Positions 18,848 to 28,198 are shown, counted from the whole stretch's first letter. The stretch is 63,954 bases of DNA, filler included, from an uncultured bacterium (GCA_964506785.1; 3 parts of 3 records of this genome joined end to end with filler, not necessarily neighbours in it); one strand, 5' to 3'. Made by a program: numbers and translations. Notes: generated from the sequence alone by a model not told the origin.

Positions 18848-19300
18848 ATGGTATCCCGGAAGATTATTACCGTTAATCGCCAGGCCAGACACGAATATTT
18901 TATTTTAGAGGTTTTTGAAGCCGGGATAAAACTTAAGGGCAGTGAGGTTAAGTCTCTGAGGCTTGGCCGGGCAAATTTAAAAGATAGTTTTGCCAGAATT
19001 AATAAAGGGGAAATATTCTTATTCAATGCCCATATCAGTCCCTATCAACATGACCGGGAGAGAAGTTTTGAGCCAAGAAAGACGCGCAAGCTTCTCATGC
19101 ATCGGGTGGAAATTAACCGTCTGACCGGTCGGGTAGGGGAAAAAGGGTTGACCCTGATACCGCTTCGGATGTATTTCAAGCGGGGAAGAGCCAAGGTGGA
19201 AATCGCTTTGGCTAAAGGAAAAAAGTTCTATGATAAAAGGGAAACCCTTAAACGGCGGGTGGCCGAAAGGGAAATTAGAAAGGCGATAAAAGGAAGGTAG
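18848..19300 (+). CDS. smpB: SsrA-binding protein
   Basis: NRQARHEY, EAGIKLKGSEVKSLR, RKLLMHR.EI, AKGKKFYDKRE. Confidence 0.98.
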   Translation: MVSRKIITVNRQARHEYFILEVFEAGIKLKGSEVKSLRLGRANLKDSFARINKGEIFLFNAHISPYQHDRERSFEPRKTRKLLMHRVEINRLTGRVGEKGLTLIPLRMYFKRGRAKVEIALAKGKKFYDKRETLKRRVAEREIRKAIKGR

Positions 19301-19307
19301 CAATTTC

Positions 19308-19663
19308 GGGGGCGAATTAGGTTCGACCAGGGTAATGCCAGCTAAAGAGGCATGCCGAGTTTGTCAGGTAACTCGTGAAAAACTTGACACAAAACTAACA
19401 GCTGACTTTGCGAAAGCAGCTTAAGATTACTCACGGGTAATCTCGTTCTTCTCGACCTCGTCTGTGAGTTGAGAAAGGGCGTCGACTTAGCAGACTGGCT
19501 TTAGTTCTTGCCTGAGGGGCTGGAGTAAGATTTAATTAGGCTAGTCACTTTAAAATCCTGCTTATGGGAGTTTTGAGTGATGAAATTTAAAATATAAGCT
19601 ACGCATGTAAAATCTTTGGCAGCATCCTGTGGCACCCGGGTGCAATTCCCGGCGCCTCCACCA
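19308..19663 (+). ncRNA. ssrA: tmRNA; tag reading frame 19401-19424 encodes ADFAKAA*
   Basis: 5' GGGGGCG...GTTCGAC; 3' CCGGGTGCAATTCCCGGCGCCTCCACCA; directly follows smpB; tag ends in AA. Confidence 0.95.
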
Positions 19664-19670
19664 AATAAAA

Positions 19671-20933
19671 ATGAAAAAACTGGCGATAGTGTTATTTTTA
19701 CTGTTAATAAGCAGCATCTGGCTGAGCACTGCGCAAGCAGAGACTGTAACTGTTCTTATTGACGGGAAGAAACATACCGATAATTTCTTCATTTATAACC
19801 TGGAAGGGAAAGATTATGTTTCGTTAGCCGATACGCGAGATTTACTGAATCTTTCCGTTAGCTGGAATGCTGTGGCTCAACGGGTGGTAATAGAAAGCCA
19901 AAAGGGGAAAATTTCTTTTCTCGTTAATAATCCTCGGGTAGTTGTCAAGGAGAAAATTAGATATTTAAATTACCCGGCCCGTCTTTTTAATGGCGGTATT
20001 ATTGTCCCCATGGAGTTTTTAACCGAGATTATGCCGGAAATTTTGGATTGCCGGATTGACTGGGATTTGGCCGGCCGTTGCTTACAGGTTACCTCAAAAG
20101 GGAAAGTAATCATTGGGGATAAAGAAGATAACCCTGCGGTTAAGTTATCGTCGCGTGATTTAAAAAAGGGTGCCTCAGATAAAACAGGTAGTTATTTAAG
20201 GAAGAAAAGGAAAAGTTCGACTTCCAAAAGTTACCGTATTGATTTAGTGGTGATTGATCCCGGGCATGGCGGCCGGGATCCCGGAGCGATTGGCCGCAAA
20301 GGGCTGAAAGAGAAGGATGTTGTTTTAGATATTGCCAATCGGCTGAGTAAGAAACTAAAGCAAAAAGGAATTAAGGTAATCTTGACTCGTTCCCGGGATG
20401 AATTTATTCCCTTGGATGAGCGTACTGCCATAGCAAACCGCAATCGCGCCGATTTATTTCTCAGTATTCATGCCAATGCTGCTTTCACCCGGCGGGCAAA
20501 TGGCTTCGAGACTTACTATGTTTCTGAAGCAGTTGACGATCACGCCAGGGCAGTGGCGGCCATAGAAAATTCGGTTTTAGAGCTGGAACGAAAAGGCGTA
20601 CGAAAAAAAATGGACGATACCTTGCATGCCATCCTCTGGGATTTGGCCTATACCGAATTTCGGGTAGAAAGCATCGAATGGGGAGAAATAGTCCAGCAGG
20701 AATTAAACAGAAAGATTAGAGGAGAGAATAGAGGGGTAAAGCCCGGTCCTTTTTATGTCTTGAAGGGTGCGCAGATGCCGTCACTTTTGGTTGAAGTCGG
20801 TTTTATCAGCAATGTTGTTGAAGAAAACCGCCTGCGGAAAAGCTCCTACCGGGAAAAGATTACCGAAGCTCTGGCGGACAGTATCCTTCGCTATAAGCGG
20901 CTATATGAAAAGAAGGCTGGTTTTACCCGATAG
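19671..20933 (+). CDS. N-acetylmuramoyl-L-alanine amidase (Amidase_3) with an N-terminal accessory domain
   Basis: Signal peptide MKKLAIVLF; VIDPGHGGRDPGA, SIHANA, LVEVGFISN; the ORF-track start at 19629 lies inside tmRNA. Confidence 0.93.
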   Translation: MKKLAIVLFLLLISSIWLSTAQAETVTVLIDGKKHTDNFFIYNLEGKDYVSLADTRDLLNLSVSWNAVAQRVVIESQKGKISFLVNNPRVVVKEKIRYLNYPARLFNGGIIVPMEFLTEIMPEILDCRIDWDLAGRCLQVTSKGKVIIGDKEDNPAVKLSSRDLKKGASDKTGSYLRKKRKSSTSKSYRIDLVVIDPGHGGRDPGAIGRKGLKEKDVVLDIANRLSKKLKQKGIKVILTRSRDEFIPLDERTAIANRNRADLFLSIHANAAFTRRANGFETYYVSEAVDDHARAVAAIENSVLELERKGVRKKMDDTLHAILWDLAYTEFRVESIEWGEIVQQELNRKIRGENRGVKPGPFYVLKGAQMPSLLVEVGFISNVVEENRLRKSSYREKITEALADSILRYKRLYEKKAGFTR

Positions 20934-20948
20934 ACGAAAGATATAAAT

Positions 20949-21557
20949 ATGGCTAGACGAAAAAAGAGAAAGAAAGCCCGTCGGACAAGAAAGACAAACG
21001 TCTTGAGGCCTTTTCTTATTATTCTTTTTGGTTTCATTTTGATTGCCGGCTCTTATTGGATTTATAAAAGGTTTTCTCAAAGAGAGGTGGTTTCTCTGCC
21101 TAAAGTTAAAGCAAGCCGGGAGATGACCAGGGAAGTTAATCTATATTTTGCCGATGGTGATGCTCAAAAATTAGTCGGGGAAAAAAGGGAGATTTTGGAA
21201 AGTCCTAACTTAGTCAAAGAGATAAGAGAATTGCTCGATGAATTAATTCGAGGCCCGAGGAATAAAAATTTGGCTAGAACCATTCCGCCGCAGGCAAGGA
21301 TTCGCTCCCTGTATCTTGATTATAATGAAGCCGTTGCCTATGTTGATTTCACGGACAATATTACTAAATATTCTTCCGGAGGCAGCACCGGAGAAATTCT
21401 TTCAATATATTCGGTAGCCAACAGTATTATTGGCAATTTCGCTGAAGTGAAAGAAGTAAAAATTCTGATTAATGGAGAAGAGGCCCAAACTTTAAGCGGG
21501 CACATTGATTTAACCCGAGCTGTCGGGTTTAGCGAAGGAATTATTAAAGGAAGATGA
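20949..21557 (+). CDS. GerMN domain membrane protein
   Basis: TM helix; VNLYFAD, LIRGP, VDF, GGSTGE..SIYSVANS, GHIDL. Confidence 0.88.
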   Translation: MARRKKRKKARRTRKTNVLRPFLIILFGFILIAGSYWIYKRFSQREVVSLPKVKASREMTREVNLYFADGDAQKLVGEKREILESPNLVKEIRELLDELIRGPRNKNLARTIPPQARIRSLYLDYNEAVAYVDFTDNITKYSSGGSTGEILSIYSVANSIIGNFAEVKEVKILINGEEAQTLSGHIDLTRAVGFSEGIIKGR

Positions 21558-22348
21558 ATAATGGGCCGATTGGTATATTTGATTCCGGCGTTGGCGGCTT
21601 AACGGTTTTTCGTGAAATTAGCCGTTTCTTTCCTCACGAAGACATTATTTACTTCGGCGATACCGCTCGTGTTCCTTACGGCAGTAAATCTTCCGATACA
21701 ATACATCGTTTTGCCATCGAAGACATAAATTTTTTAAAAAGGCAAAAGGTCAAAGTAATTGTCGTTGCTTGCAACACTGCCTCGGCTGTTCTTCTTGAAC
21801 TTAAAAAAAAATTTAACCTGCCCCTTGTCAACGTAATTCAACCGGGCATAAAAGAGGCTCTTTTTTATTCGAAGAATAAAAGAATAGGTGTCATCGGGAC
21901 TGAAAGTACTATACGAAGCCGTGCCTATCAAAGGCTTCTCCGTCGTTATAATCCCTCGGTAAAAATATTTTCCCAAGCCTGTCCCTTGTTTGTCTCTTTG
22001 ATTGAAGAAAATTGGGTGAAACGGAAAGAGACGAAACTTATCGTCAAAAGGTATCTCTCCGTCCTTAAAGATAAAGGGATTGACACCTTAATTCTGGGCT
22101 GCACCCATTATCCACTTTTTAAGCCCTTAATTCAAAAGGAGATGGGGAAAAAGGTTAAATTGGTTGATTCGGCCCGGGCGGTGGCAAAAGAGTTAAAAAA
22201 TGTTTTTAAGGAAAACGGGTTGCCCCTTAAAGAAAAAGGGCAGCCGAAATACAAATTTTTTGTCAGCGATTTACCGCCAAAATTCAGAAAAATTGGTGAA
22301 AGGTTTTTGGGGAAAAAATTAGGGAAAATCCAGCTTCATCACCTTTAG
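21554..22348 (+). CDS. murI: Glutamate racemase
   Basis: FDSGVGGLTV, VACNTAS, ILGCTHYP. Confidence 0.97.
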   Translation: MNNGPIGIFDSGVGGLTVFREISRFFPHEDIIYFGDTARVPYGSKSSDTIHRFAIEDINFLKRQKVKVIVVACNTASAVLLELKKKFNLPLVNVIQPGIKEALFYSKNKRIGVIGTESTIRSRAYQRLLRRYNPSVKIFSQACPLFVSLIEENWVKRKETKLIVKRYLSVLKDKGIDTLILGCTHYPLFKPLIQKEMGKKVKLVDSARAVAKELKNVFKENGLPLKEKGQPKYKFFVSDLPPKFRKIGERFLGKKLGKIQLHHL

Positions 22349-22359
22349 GTGAAAATGAT

Positions 22360-22731
22360 ATGTATGAAATAATGGTTGAAGACAATTTTAGCGCTGCTCA
22401 TCGGCTGAAAGGTTATAAAGGTAAATGCGAAGAATTGCATGGCCACAATTGGAAGGTTCAGGCTTTTCTTAAAGGAAGGAAACTTGATAAATCGGGCCTG
22501 CTTTTTGACTTTAAAAAGCTTAAAGGGGCCCTTAAAGAAATTGTGCAAAGATTAGACCATCATTATCTAAACGAGATATCGCCTTTTGAGCGGCTTAATC
22601 CTACCTCAGAAAATCTGGCTCATTTTATTTTCCGGGAATTGAAGAAAAATTTTACCAAAACCCAGTTTAAAGTTTCTAAAGTAACTGTTTGGGAAGGAAA
22701 CTCGGCTTCCGCCAGTTATACCGAAATATAG
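22360..22731 (+). CDS. queD: 6-carboxy-5,6,7,8-tetrahydropterin synthase
   Basis: FSAAHRL, KCEELHGHNW, LDHHYLN, NPTSENLA. Confidence 0.95.
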   Translation: MYEIMVEDNFSAAHRLKGYKGKCEELHGHNWKVQAFLKGRKLDKSGLLFDFKKLKGALKEIVQRLDHHYLNEISPFERLNPTSENLAHFIFRELKKNFTKTQFKVSKVTVWEGNSASASYTEI

Positions 22732-22781
22732 TTTTCCCCATTCTTTAAAAACTTCATGTGTAATTCCAGAGGCTAAACGGT

Positions 22782-23447
22782 ATGAAAAAAGCCGTCGTTT
22801 TACTTTCCGGAGGATTAGATTCGACCACGACGCTATACCTGGCGAAGAAAAAAGGTTATAAGTGCCTTGCGCTTACTTTCGACTACGGTCAACGGCATAA
22901 AAAAGAAATTGAAGCGGCGAGAGAAATCTCCCGCCAGGCCGCCTCACCTTTAAAGGTTATCCCGCTAAATCTTCCCTGGGCAAAAGATGCTATAATTGAC
23001 AAGCGGAAGATGCTGCCTAAAAGGCGCTTAAAAAAAATCCCTCAGCATATTCCTTCGACCTACGTTTCTGGCCGCAACACGATTTTTTTAAGTCTGGCTT
23101 TATCTTATGCCGAATCAATTGGTGCCCGGGCCATATTTATTGGCGCTAACGCCCTTGATTGGAGCGGTTATCCAGATTGCACCCCTGATTATTTTAAGGT
23201 TTGGACGAAGCTCATAAAAGAAGGCACCAAAGCCGGCCGTCAGGGGAAAAAGATAGAAATAAAAGCCCCTTTAGTGGATAAAACTAAAAAAGAGATTGTT
23301 GAATTAGGGAAAAAGTTAAATGTTCCTTTTTCCTTAACCTGGTCCTGCTATACGGGCGGAAAATTTCCCTGCGGCTGGTGTGATGCCTGTCAGCTAAGGG
23401 CGAAGGGGTTTAAAGAAGCAGCAGTTGCTGATCCTCTTATAGCCTGA
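22782..23447 (+). CDS. queC: 7-cyano-7-deazaguanine synthase
   Basis: LSGGLDSTT, YGQRH, GYPDC, TWSCY...CGWCDAC.LR. Confidence 0.97.
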   Translation: MKKAVVLLSGGLDSTTTLYLAKKKGYKCLALTFDYGQRHKKEIEAAREISRQAASPLKVIPLNLPWAKDAIIDKRKMLPKRRLKKIPQHIPSTYVSGRNTIFLSLALSYAESIGARAIFIGANALDWSGYPDCTPDYFKVWTKLIKEGTKAGRQGKKIEIKAPLVDKTKKEIVELGKKLNVPFSLTWSCYTGGKFPCGWCDACQLRAKGFKEAAVADPLIA

Positions 23448-23481
23448 CTAATACCTTTCCCTAAATAGAGTTAGAAAAAAG

Positions 23482-24177
23482 ATGCCTGTTCAGGCCAAGG
23501 TTCTTGAAATTTTTCCCAGCCTTCAAGGCGAAGGCCCGTATGCCGGGATAAAACAGCTTTTTATCCGCTTTGCCGGCTGTAATCTGACTTGTTCTTTCTG
23601 TGATGTTGCCGGGCAGAAATATTCTCAAATCAGAATTTTTGACTTTTTAAGTTTACTGAAGGAACTTGAAAAAATAGGGGAATTTAGGTTCTTTCACTCT
23701 CTAAGTTTAACCGGGGGAGAACCCTTGCAACAGGTGAAATTTTTAAAGGAGTTTCTCCCTCGTCTAAAGAAGCTTAAGATATATTTAGAGACGAACGGCA
23801 CCTTGCCAGAGGCATTTCGAGAAATTTCTCCCTGGATTGACTTTGTCAGTATTGATTTTAAGCTGCCTTCATCAACGGGATTGAACAGTTTCTGGGAGGA
23901 GCATCGCTATTTTTTAGAATTAGCCCGGAAGAAAAGCACCTTTGTTAAGATGGTTATTACCGGTAAAACTATCGATGACGATTTTAAAAAAGCCTTTCAG
24001 ATAATTGCCGAAATTGACAGAAATATTCCTTTAATTCTTCAGCCGGTTACGCCTACCGGAAGCTTTAGCGACACTGCCTCTTTTTCAAAACTCGCTGATT
24101 TTCAAAGAGAGGCTTTAAGTTACCTCAAAACGGTGAGAATTATTCCTCAGATTCATAAATTAATGGGCTGGCGATAA
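23482..24177 (+). CDS. queE: 7-carboxy-7-deazaguanine synthase (radical SAM)
   Basis: EIFPSLQGEG, RFAGCNLTCSFCD, LTGGEP, ETNGT, PQIHK. Confidence 0.95.
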   Translation: MPVQAKVLEIFPSLQGEGPYAGIKQLFIRFAGCNLTCSFCDVAGQKYSQIRIFDFLSLLKELEKIGEFRFFHSLSLTGGEPLQQVKFLKEFLPRLKKLKIYLETNGTLPEAFREISPWIDFVSIDFKLPSSTGLNSFWEEHRYFLELARKKSTFVKMVITGKTIDDDFKKAFQIIAEIDRNIPLILQPVTPTGSFSDTASFSKLADFQREALSYLKTVRIIPQIHKLMGWR

Positions 24178-24211
24178 AAATAAATAAAAACTTGTTATTT
24201 CGAAAACTTAA

Positions 24212-25411
24212 ATGATTAAACTTAAAAAAACGCTGAAAGTAATCGTCAAAATACTTTCGATTTTTTTAATAATTAGGTTTTCACTAAAAACTCGTGAGGG
24301 TTTTGCAACCGAGGCCATTTCAGGCGAGGCAGATTCCCCTAAATTATTTTTAGTTAAAAAAGTCCGCGGGTTTCGAATAAAAGATGAGAATAAAATCATT
24401 ACCCCCTGTGTATCAATTGTAAAGGGAGATGATTTGTATTCAATGACAAAAAAGGCCTTAGATTTAATCGGCGGTATGCGAGAGATAGTAAAACCCGGCC
24501 AAAAAGTGTTTATAAAACCTAATTATATATCCGGTGGCCTTGACGGGCATGATGCGGTAACTGCTGGCGAAATCGCCCATCCCGAAGTAGTTGCTGCTGT
24601 AAGTGAAGAATGCCTTAAAGCCGGGGCTAAACAAGTAATAATTGGTGAATGGGTTGAACGACCCCTTAAAATAAATTTCGGCGGAAAAGAAAATAAAGAA
24701 GGGGCGCAAATCAAAGGATTAATAGATATTTTGAATAAAAAATATGGGGAGAAAATTTATTTATTGAATTTAATGGAACATACCACTTACTTCCAATACG
24801 TTCCGTCAAAAACTGAATTGAAATTTCTAGCCATACCCAACTTAGTTACTGAAGCCGATGTGATTATTTCTATCCCTTCTTTAAAGACACACCATAAGCC
24901 GTGCCCGGTGAGCTTGGGCATGAAAAATTTCATGGGCATTATGCCGGCTATTTTTTATGGGGAGCCTCGTTACAAACTTCATGAAGCCGGAGTTCATCAG
25001 GTAATCGTGGATATCAATAAAGCCTTAAATCCGGATTTGGTTGTAATTGATGGTTCCTTCGGCATGGAAGGTCGGGGGGCCTCTCTTTTTTTAGGGGGAA
25101 AACCGGTAAATGTAGAAGATCGAATTGGTGGATTTTTAGTCATTGCCGGAAGGGACCCGGTGGCTACTGATGCAACGGCAACAAGAATAATTACCAAGGG
25201 ATGGAATCCTCTCCCCGAAGGGTTAGAATTAGGAAGCCCCTGGTATATCCACCATATCCGAATGGCTTCTGAGCAGGGCTTAGGTATTTTAGACAGCTCT
25301 AAAATATCCATATTGGGTGAAGAATTAAAGAATGTCGAGATGAAGTGGGAACAATCAGATGATAATGTTTATCCGGAAATCCCCGATGAAGGTCTAACCG
25401 ATGAAAAATAA
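24212..25411 (+). CDS. DUF362 domain protein with a possible N-terminal signal/anchor
   Basis: ALDLIGGM..IVKPGQKVFIKPN, HPEVV, LKTH...SLGMKN.MG, DPVATDA. Confidence 0.8.
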   Translation: MIKLKKTLKVIVKILSIFLIIRFSLKTREGFATEAISGEADSPKLFLVKKVRGFRIKDENKIITPCVSIVKGDDLYSMTKKALDLIGGMREIVKPGQKVFIKPNYISGGLDGHDAVTAGEIAHPEVVAAVSEECLKAGAKQVIIGEWVERPLKINFGGKENKEGAQIKGLIDILNKKYGEKIYLLNLMEHTTYFQYVPSKTELKFLAIPNLVTEADVIISIPSLKTHHKPCPVSLGMKNFMGIMPAIFYGEPRYKLHEAGVHQVIVDINKALNPDLVVIDGSFGMEGRGASLFLGGKPVNVEDRIGGFLVIAGRDPVATDATATRIITKGWNPLPEGLELGSPWYIHHIRMASEQGLGILDSSKISILGEELKNVEMKWEQSDDNVYPEIPDEGLTDEK

Positions 25412-26339
25412 TTTCAAATCCTGCTTCATATACGTATTTATAGCCTTAAGCAGTATTTTACTTCCCGTAGATTTTATCTATGCCCAGGATTTTTTTATAA
25501 AGAAAGCGATAGAAGCGGAGGGCGTATGGAAAATGGGAAGCATCGGGCAGAGAAAGGCACTTTATACAGAGGTACGGAATGATGTCTCAGAAATAGAACT
25601 TTATGTTTCCAAGAAAGGGAGATACCATTTACTCGCACATATCTATTACAATTGGCACGACTTTTCCCCTTTTATACATGTGGAAGCCACAGATTCTAAG
25701 GGGAAAATACATAGAGGAGAAATAGGTTTTGAAAACATTTGGTACTTAAACAATACTAAAGGAAGATGGTTTGTGAAATCCTTCACAGATTCTTTCTGGG
25801 AATTGCCGAAGGGTAAACTAACTATCCGTTTTTGGGCGGTTGGCAAAACTTCTGTTTGGGATTTATCAGATAAACCTATGGAGGGTATAATCGCCCTGGA
25901 CTATTTCTTTTTGTTACCGGGTTCTTATAAAAAATCTAAAGATGGTCTCTTTTTTTATTTTATCCAGCCTGAATCCGGGTATGGCAAATGGCATCTATCC
26001 GAATATTCGGATAAATATTTTTGCAACTTGGTTTCGAATGAAAATATCGATAGCCCTTTTTATTTCGATTTTTATTGCCCTTCTTATGGTAAATATGTAA
26101 TCGGCGTTTCGATGCTTTCTTCTGATTCCGGTTTTTTGAAGTTTCATTTTCAAAAAGGTAAATTCACCAAAGATTTAGTATTCCATGACAAATCCAATGA
26201 TAATCTCTGGCATTTAATTCTTTCAGATCCGGTCATTTTAAAGGAAGGGAATTATACGGTTAATCTGCAGGCAGAAGGAACAAGTAAAGAGACTGCCGAT
26301 TTATCTATCGGTTATATACTGTTTATCAAGACAGACTGA
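25401..26339 (+). CDS. Secreted hypothetical protein with two probable beta-sandwich (CBM-like) domains
   Basis: Signal peptide ending IYA|Q; repeated G.Y...L..G.....DY/GY patterns; aromatic-rich. Confidence 0.55.
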   Translation: MKNNFKSCFIYVFIALSSILLPVDFIYAQDFFIKKAIEAEGVWKMGSIGQRKALYTEVRNDVSEIELYVSKKGRYHLLAHIYYNWHDFSPFIHVEATDSKGKIHRGEIGFENIWYLNNTKGRWFVKSFTDSFWELPKGKLTIRFWAVGKTSVWDLSDKPMEGIIALDYFFLLPGSYKKSKDGLFFYFIQPESGYGKWHLSEYSDKYFCNLVSNENIDSPFYFDFYCPSYGKYVIGVSMLSSDSGFLKFHFQKGKFTKDLVFHDKSNDNLWHLILSDPVILKEGNYTVNLQAEGTSKETADLSIGYILFIKTD

Positions 26340-26400
26340 ATAAATTCGTCTTTAGCTTTTTATTATAAGACTGTCTAGTGATAGAGAAGCTTTATAAAGA

Positions 26401-27900
26401 ATGCATATGCGGAAGTTAGATAAATCAATCCTTTTTGTTATAATTTTACTGGGCGCCTTTTTGAGGTTATACCGCTTGGGTTTCCAAGGCATATGGCTTG
26501 ATGAAGCACATACCTGGCTTATGGCTTCAAAAGGGCCTGTTTGGTTATGGAGGGAACAAATTTTCAGTGCTTCTCCTCCTCTTTATTTTATCTTTATGCA
26601 TTACTGGATTAATTTGCTGGGTAAAAGTGCTTTTATAATGCGTTTACCGTCTGCTATATCTGGCATAATTTCTATCCCGATAGTTTACTACATCGGGAGG
26701 AAGATGTTTGATGGTAAAACAGCGCTTATCTCAAGTTTCCTTGTAGCCATTTCTTGTCCACACATTTACTATTCCCAGGAAGCAAGATGCTATGTAATGC
26801 TGGCAATCTCAAGTTTAATTTCGGGTTTTTATTTTTACCAAATGTTACTGGATGATAATAAAAAAACAAGGCTATCTTATGTAATAGCCACGCTTTTATG
26901 TCTATATTTACATAATTACGGAATTTTTATCTGGTTGGCACAGTTTCTTTATCTTTTTTTTAAGGGTTTTTTGAGAGAAACGAAATTTTTGATTATACAG
27001 CTAATAATTCTTTTAATCTTTAGCCCCCGGATTATTATATTTATGCAGCAGATTCAAATGGACATTAGTGCCTTTCTTACAAAGCCGGGATTGATTGATT
27101 TTTTCCATACCTTTGCACGCTTAGTTTTTTTAAGCCGTAATTTGCCTTTATTTGCTCTAACGCGGGTTGTTATGGCTATTAACGTTTTTCTTTTTCTATT
27201 TATTTTTGTCATTGCTTTCGGGAGGACAAAAGGCCCGCAGGCTAAATTTTCTCTTTCAATTTGCACCTGGCATTTAGCCATTCCTATCGTAATCCCTTTT
27301 TTTATCTCTTTTTTTAAACCTATATATCTTCCGGGAAGATACGAGTTTATTTCCTATCTATTTTTTATTTTAATTATTGGCAAAGGAATATCTGTTTTGA
27401 CTGAAAGAAAAATTTTGTATCCGGTTTTAACCATTATTGTCTTCAGCGCTCTGGTTTGTCTGCCTCATTATTTTTTTGTGTACTCTAAATGCAATACCCC
27501 CGTTTTGAACGATTATATAAAAAAACATGTAAGAGGCAGAGATATTATAATTTTTACAAATCTTGCGATTCTTCCTTATCGTTATTACTTTGGGAAAGAC
27601 ATATATCGTTATGTTTTTCCCTATCCTGAAGGTGAGGAGCTATTAGATCATCCCAAAGAAGTAATTGAAGAACGGGAGGATTTTGCACAGGATGAGGCAG
27701 CCAAAATAAACCAAAAAATTACTCCGCTTATGAGAGGGGACCGGAGGCTTTTTTTATTTTTCAATTCCGGTATGAAAATAGATAGAATGTTAGTTAACCG
27801 GTTTAGAAAAAAATATAATCTTGAAGAGGAGATCTCTTTCCATGAACGGGACTATGATAAATTCGAAATAATGAAGGTTATGGTTTTCCGTAAAGAATAG
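26401..27900 (+). CDS. GT-C fold membrane glycosyltransferase (PMT_2/ArnT-like)
   Basis: LRLYRLG..GIWLDE, SPPLYF, MRLPSA, YYSQEARCY; many TM helices. Confidence 0.88.
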   Translation: MHMRKLDKSILFVIILLGAFLRLYRLGFQGIWLDEAHTWLMASKGPVWLWREQIFSASPPLYFIFMHYWINLLGKSAFIMRLPSAISGIISIPIVYYIGRKMFDGKTALISSFLVAISCPHIYYSQEARCYVMLAISSLISGFYFYQMLLDDNKKTRLSYVIATLLCLYLHNYGIFIWLAQFLYLFFKGFLRETKFLIIQLIILLIFSPRIIIFMQQIQMDISAFLTKPGLIDFFHTFARLVFLSRNLPLFALTRVVMAINVFLFLFIFVIAFGRTKGPQAKFSLSICTWHLAIPIVIPFFISFFKPIYLPGRYEFISYLFFILIIGKGISVLTERKILYPVLTIIVFSALVCLPHYFFVYSKCNTPVLNDYIKKHVRGRDIIIFTNLAILPYRYYFGKDIYRYVFPYPEGEELLDHPKEVIEEREDFAQDEAAKINQKITPLMRGDRRLFLFFNSGMKIDRMLVNRFRKKYNLEEEISFHERDYDKFEIMKVMVFRKE

Positions 27901-27996
27901 GGTCTACATTTATTCAAGTTCCACAAACTGGCTTTAAGGCGGCTCAAAGAAGTAAAAATTATCCCTCAGATTCACAAAATAATGGAGTTGAGATAA
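27901..27996 (+). pseudogene. Diverged duplicate of the queE 3' end (about 30 codons)
   Basis: Translates FHKLALRRLKEVKIIPQIHKIMELR*, compared with queE FQREALSYLKTVRIIPQIHKLMGWR*; no start codon before the motif. Confidence 0.8.
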
Positions 27997-28024
27997 GTTT
28001 TTTGAGGAAACGAAATAAAGAAAG

Positions 28025-28079
28025 TGTCATACCAAAATGATAATGTCGTATTTAGCCAAATTAGAAATGTCGCATTCTA
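28025..28079 (+). mobile_element. Probable IS terminal inverted repeat at the contig end (IS21- or IS1202/ISNCY-like)
   Basis: Starts TGTCA; internal direct repeats AATGTCG at 28042 and 28066; assembly breaks here. No transposase is visible. Confidence 0.5.
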
Positions 28080-28179
28080 NNNNNNNNNNNNNNNNNNNNN
28101 NNNNNNNNNNNNNNNNNNNNNNNTTAATTAATTAANNNNNNNNNNNNNNNNNNNNNNNNNNNNNNNNNNNNNNNNNNNN
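28080..28179. other. Artificial contig-joining spacer
   Basis: N44-TTAATTAATTAA-N44, with stop codons in all six frames. Confidence 0.97.
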
Positions 28180-28198
28180 CTATAGCCAATAAGAGGTT

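Noticed and set aside
19655-19680. Prophage or island integrated at the tmRNA or tRNA 3' ends
   Set aside because: No integrase and no duplicated tRNA/tmRNA 3' end seen; housekeeping genes follow directly
22360-24177. queDCE as a 7-deazaguanine DNA-modification (dpd) system
   Set aside because: No dpdA/tgt-like or other dpd genes nearby; the context fits ordinary queuosine precursor synthesis
24285-24340. Possible palindromic insert in the DUF362 N-terminus (AAAACTC...GGGTTTT, repeated CGAGG)
   Set aside because: Pairing is weak and there is no second copy in the window; it can be explained as a linker after a signal peptide
27898-27996. TAG read-through of the GT-C gene into the in-frame queE-like fragment
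   Set aside because: A frame match has a 1-in-3 chance, and no recoding signal or pyrrolysine machinery is visible
28080-28179. TTAATTAATTAA motif within N runs (also at 54830-54929)
   Set aside because: Identical 100-nt synthetic linker used to concatenate contigs; not biological, and synteny across it is meaningless
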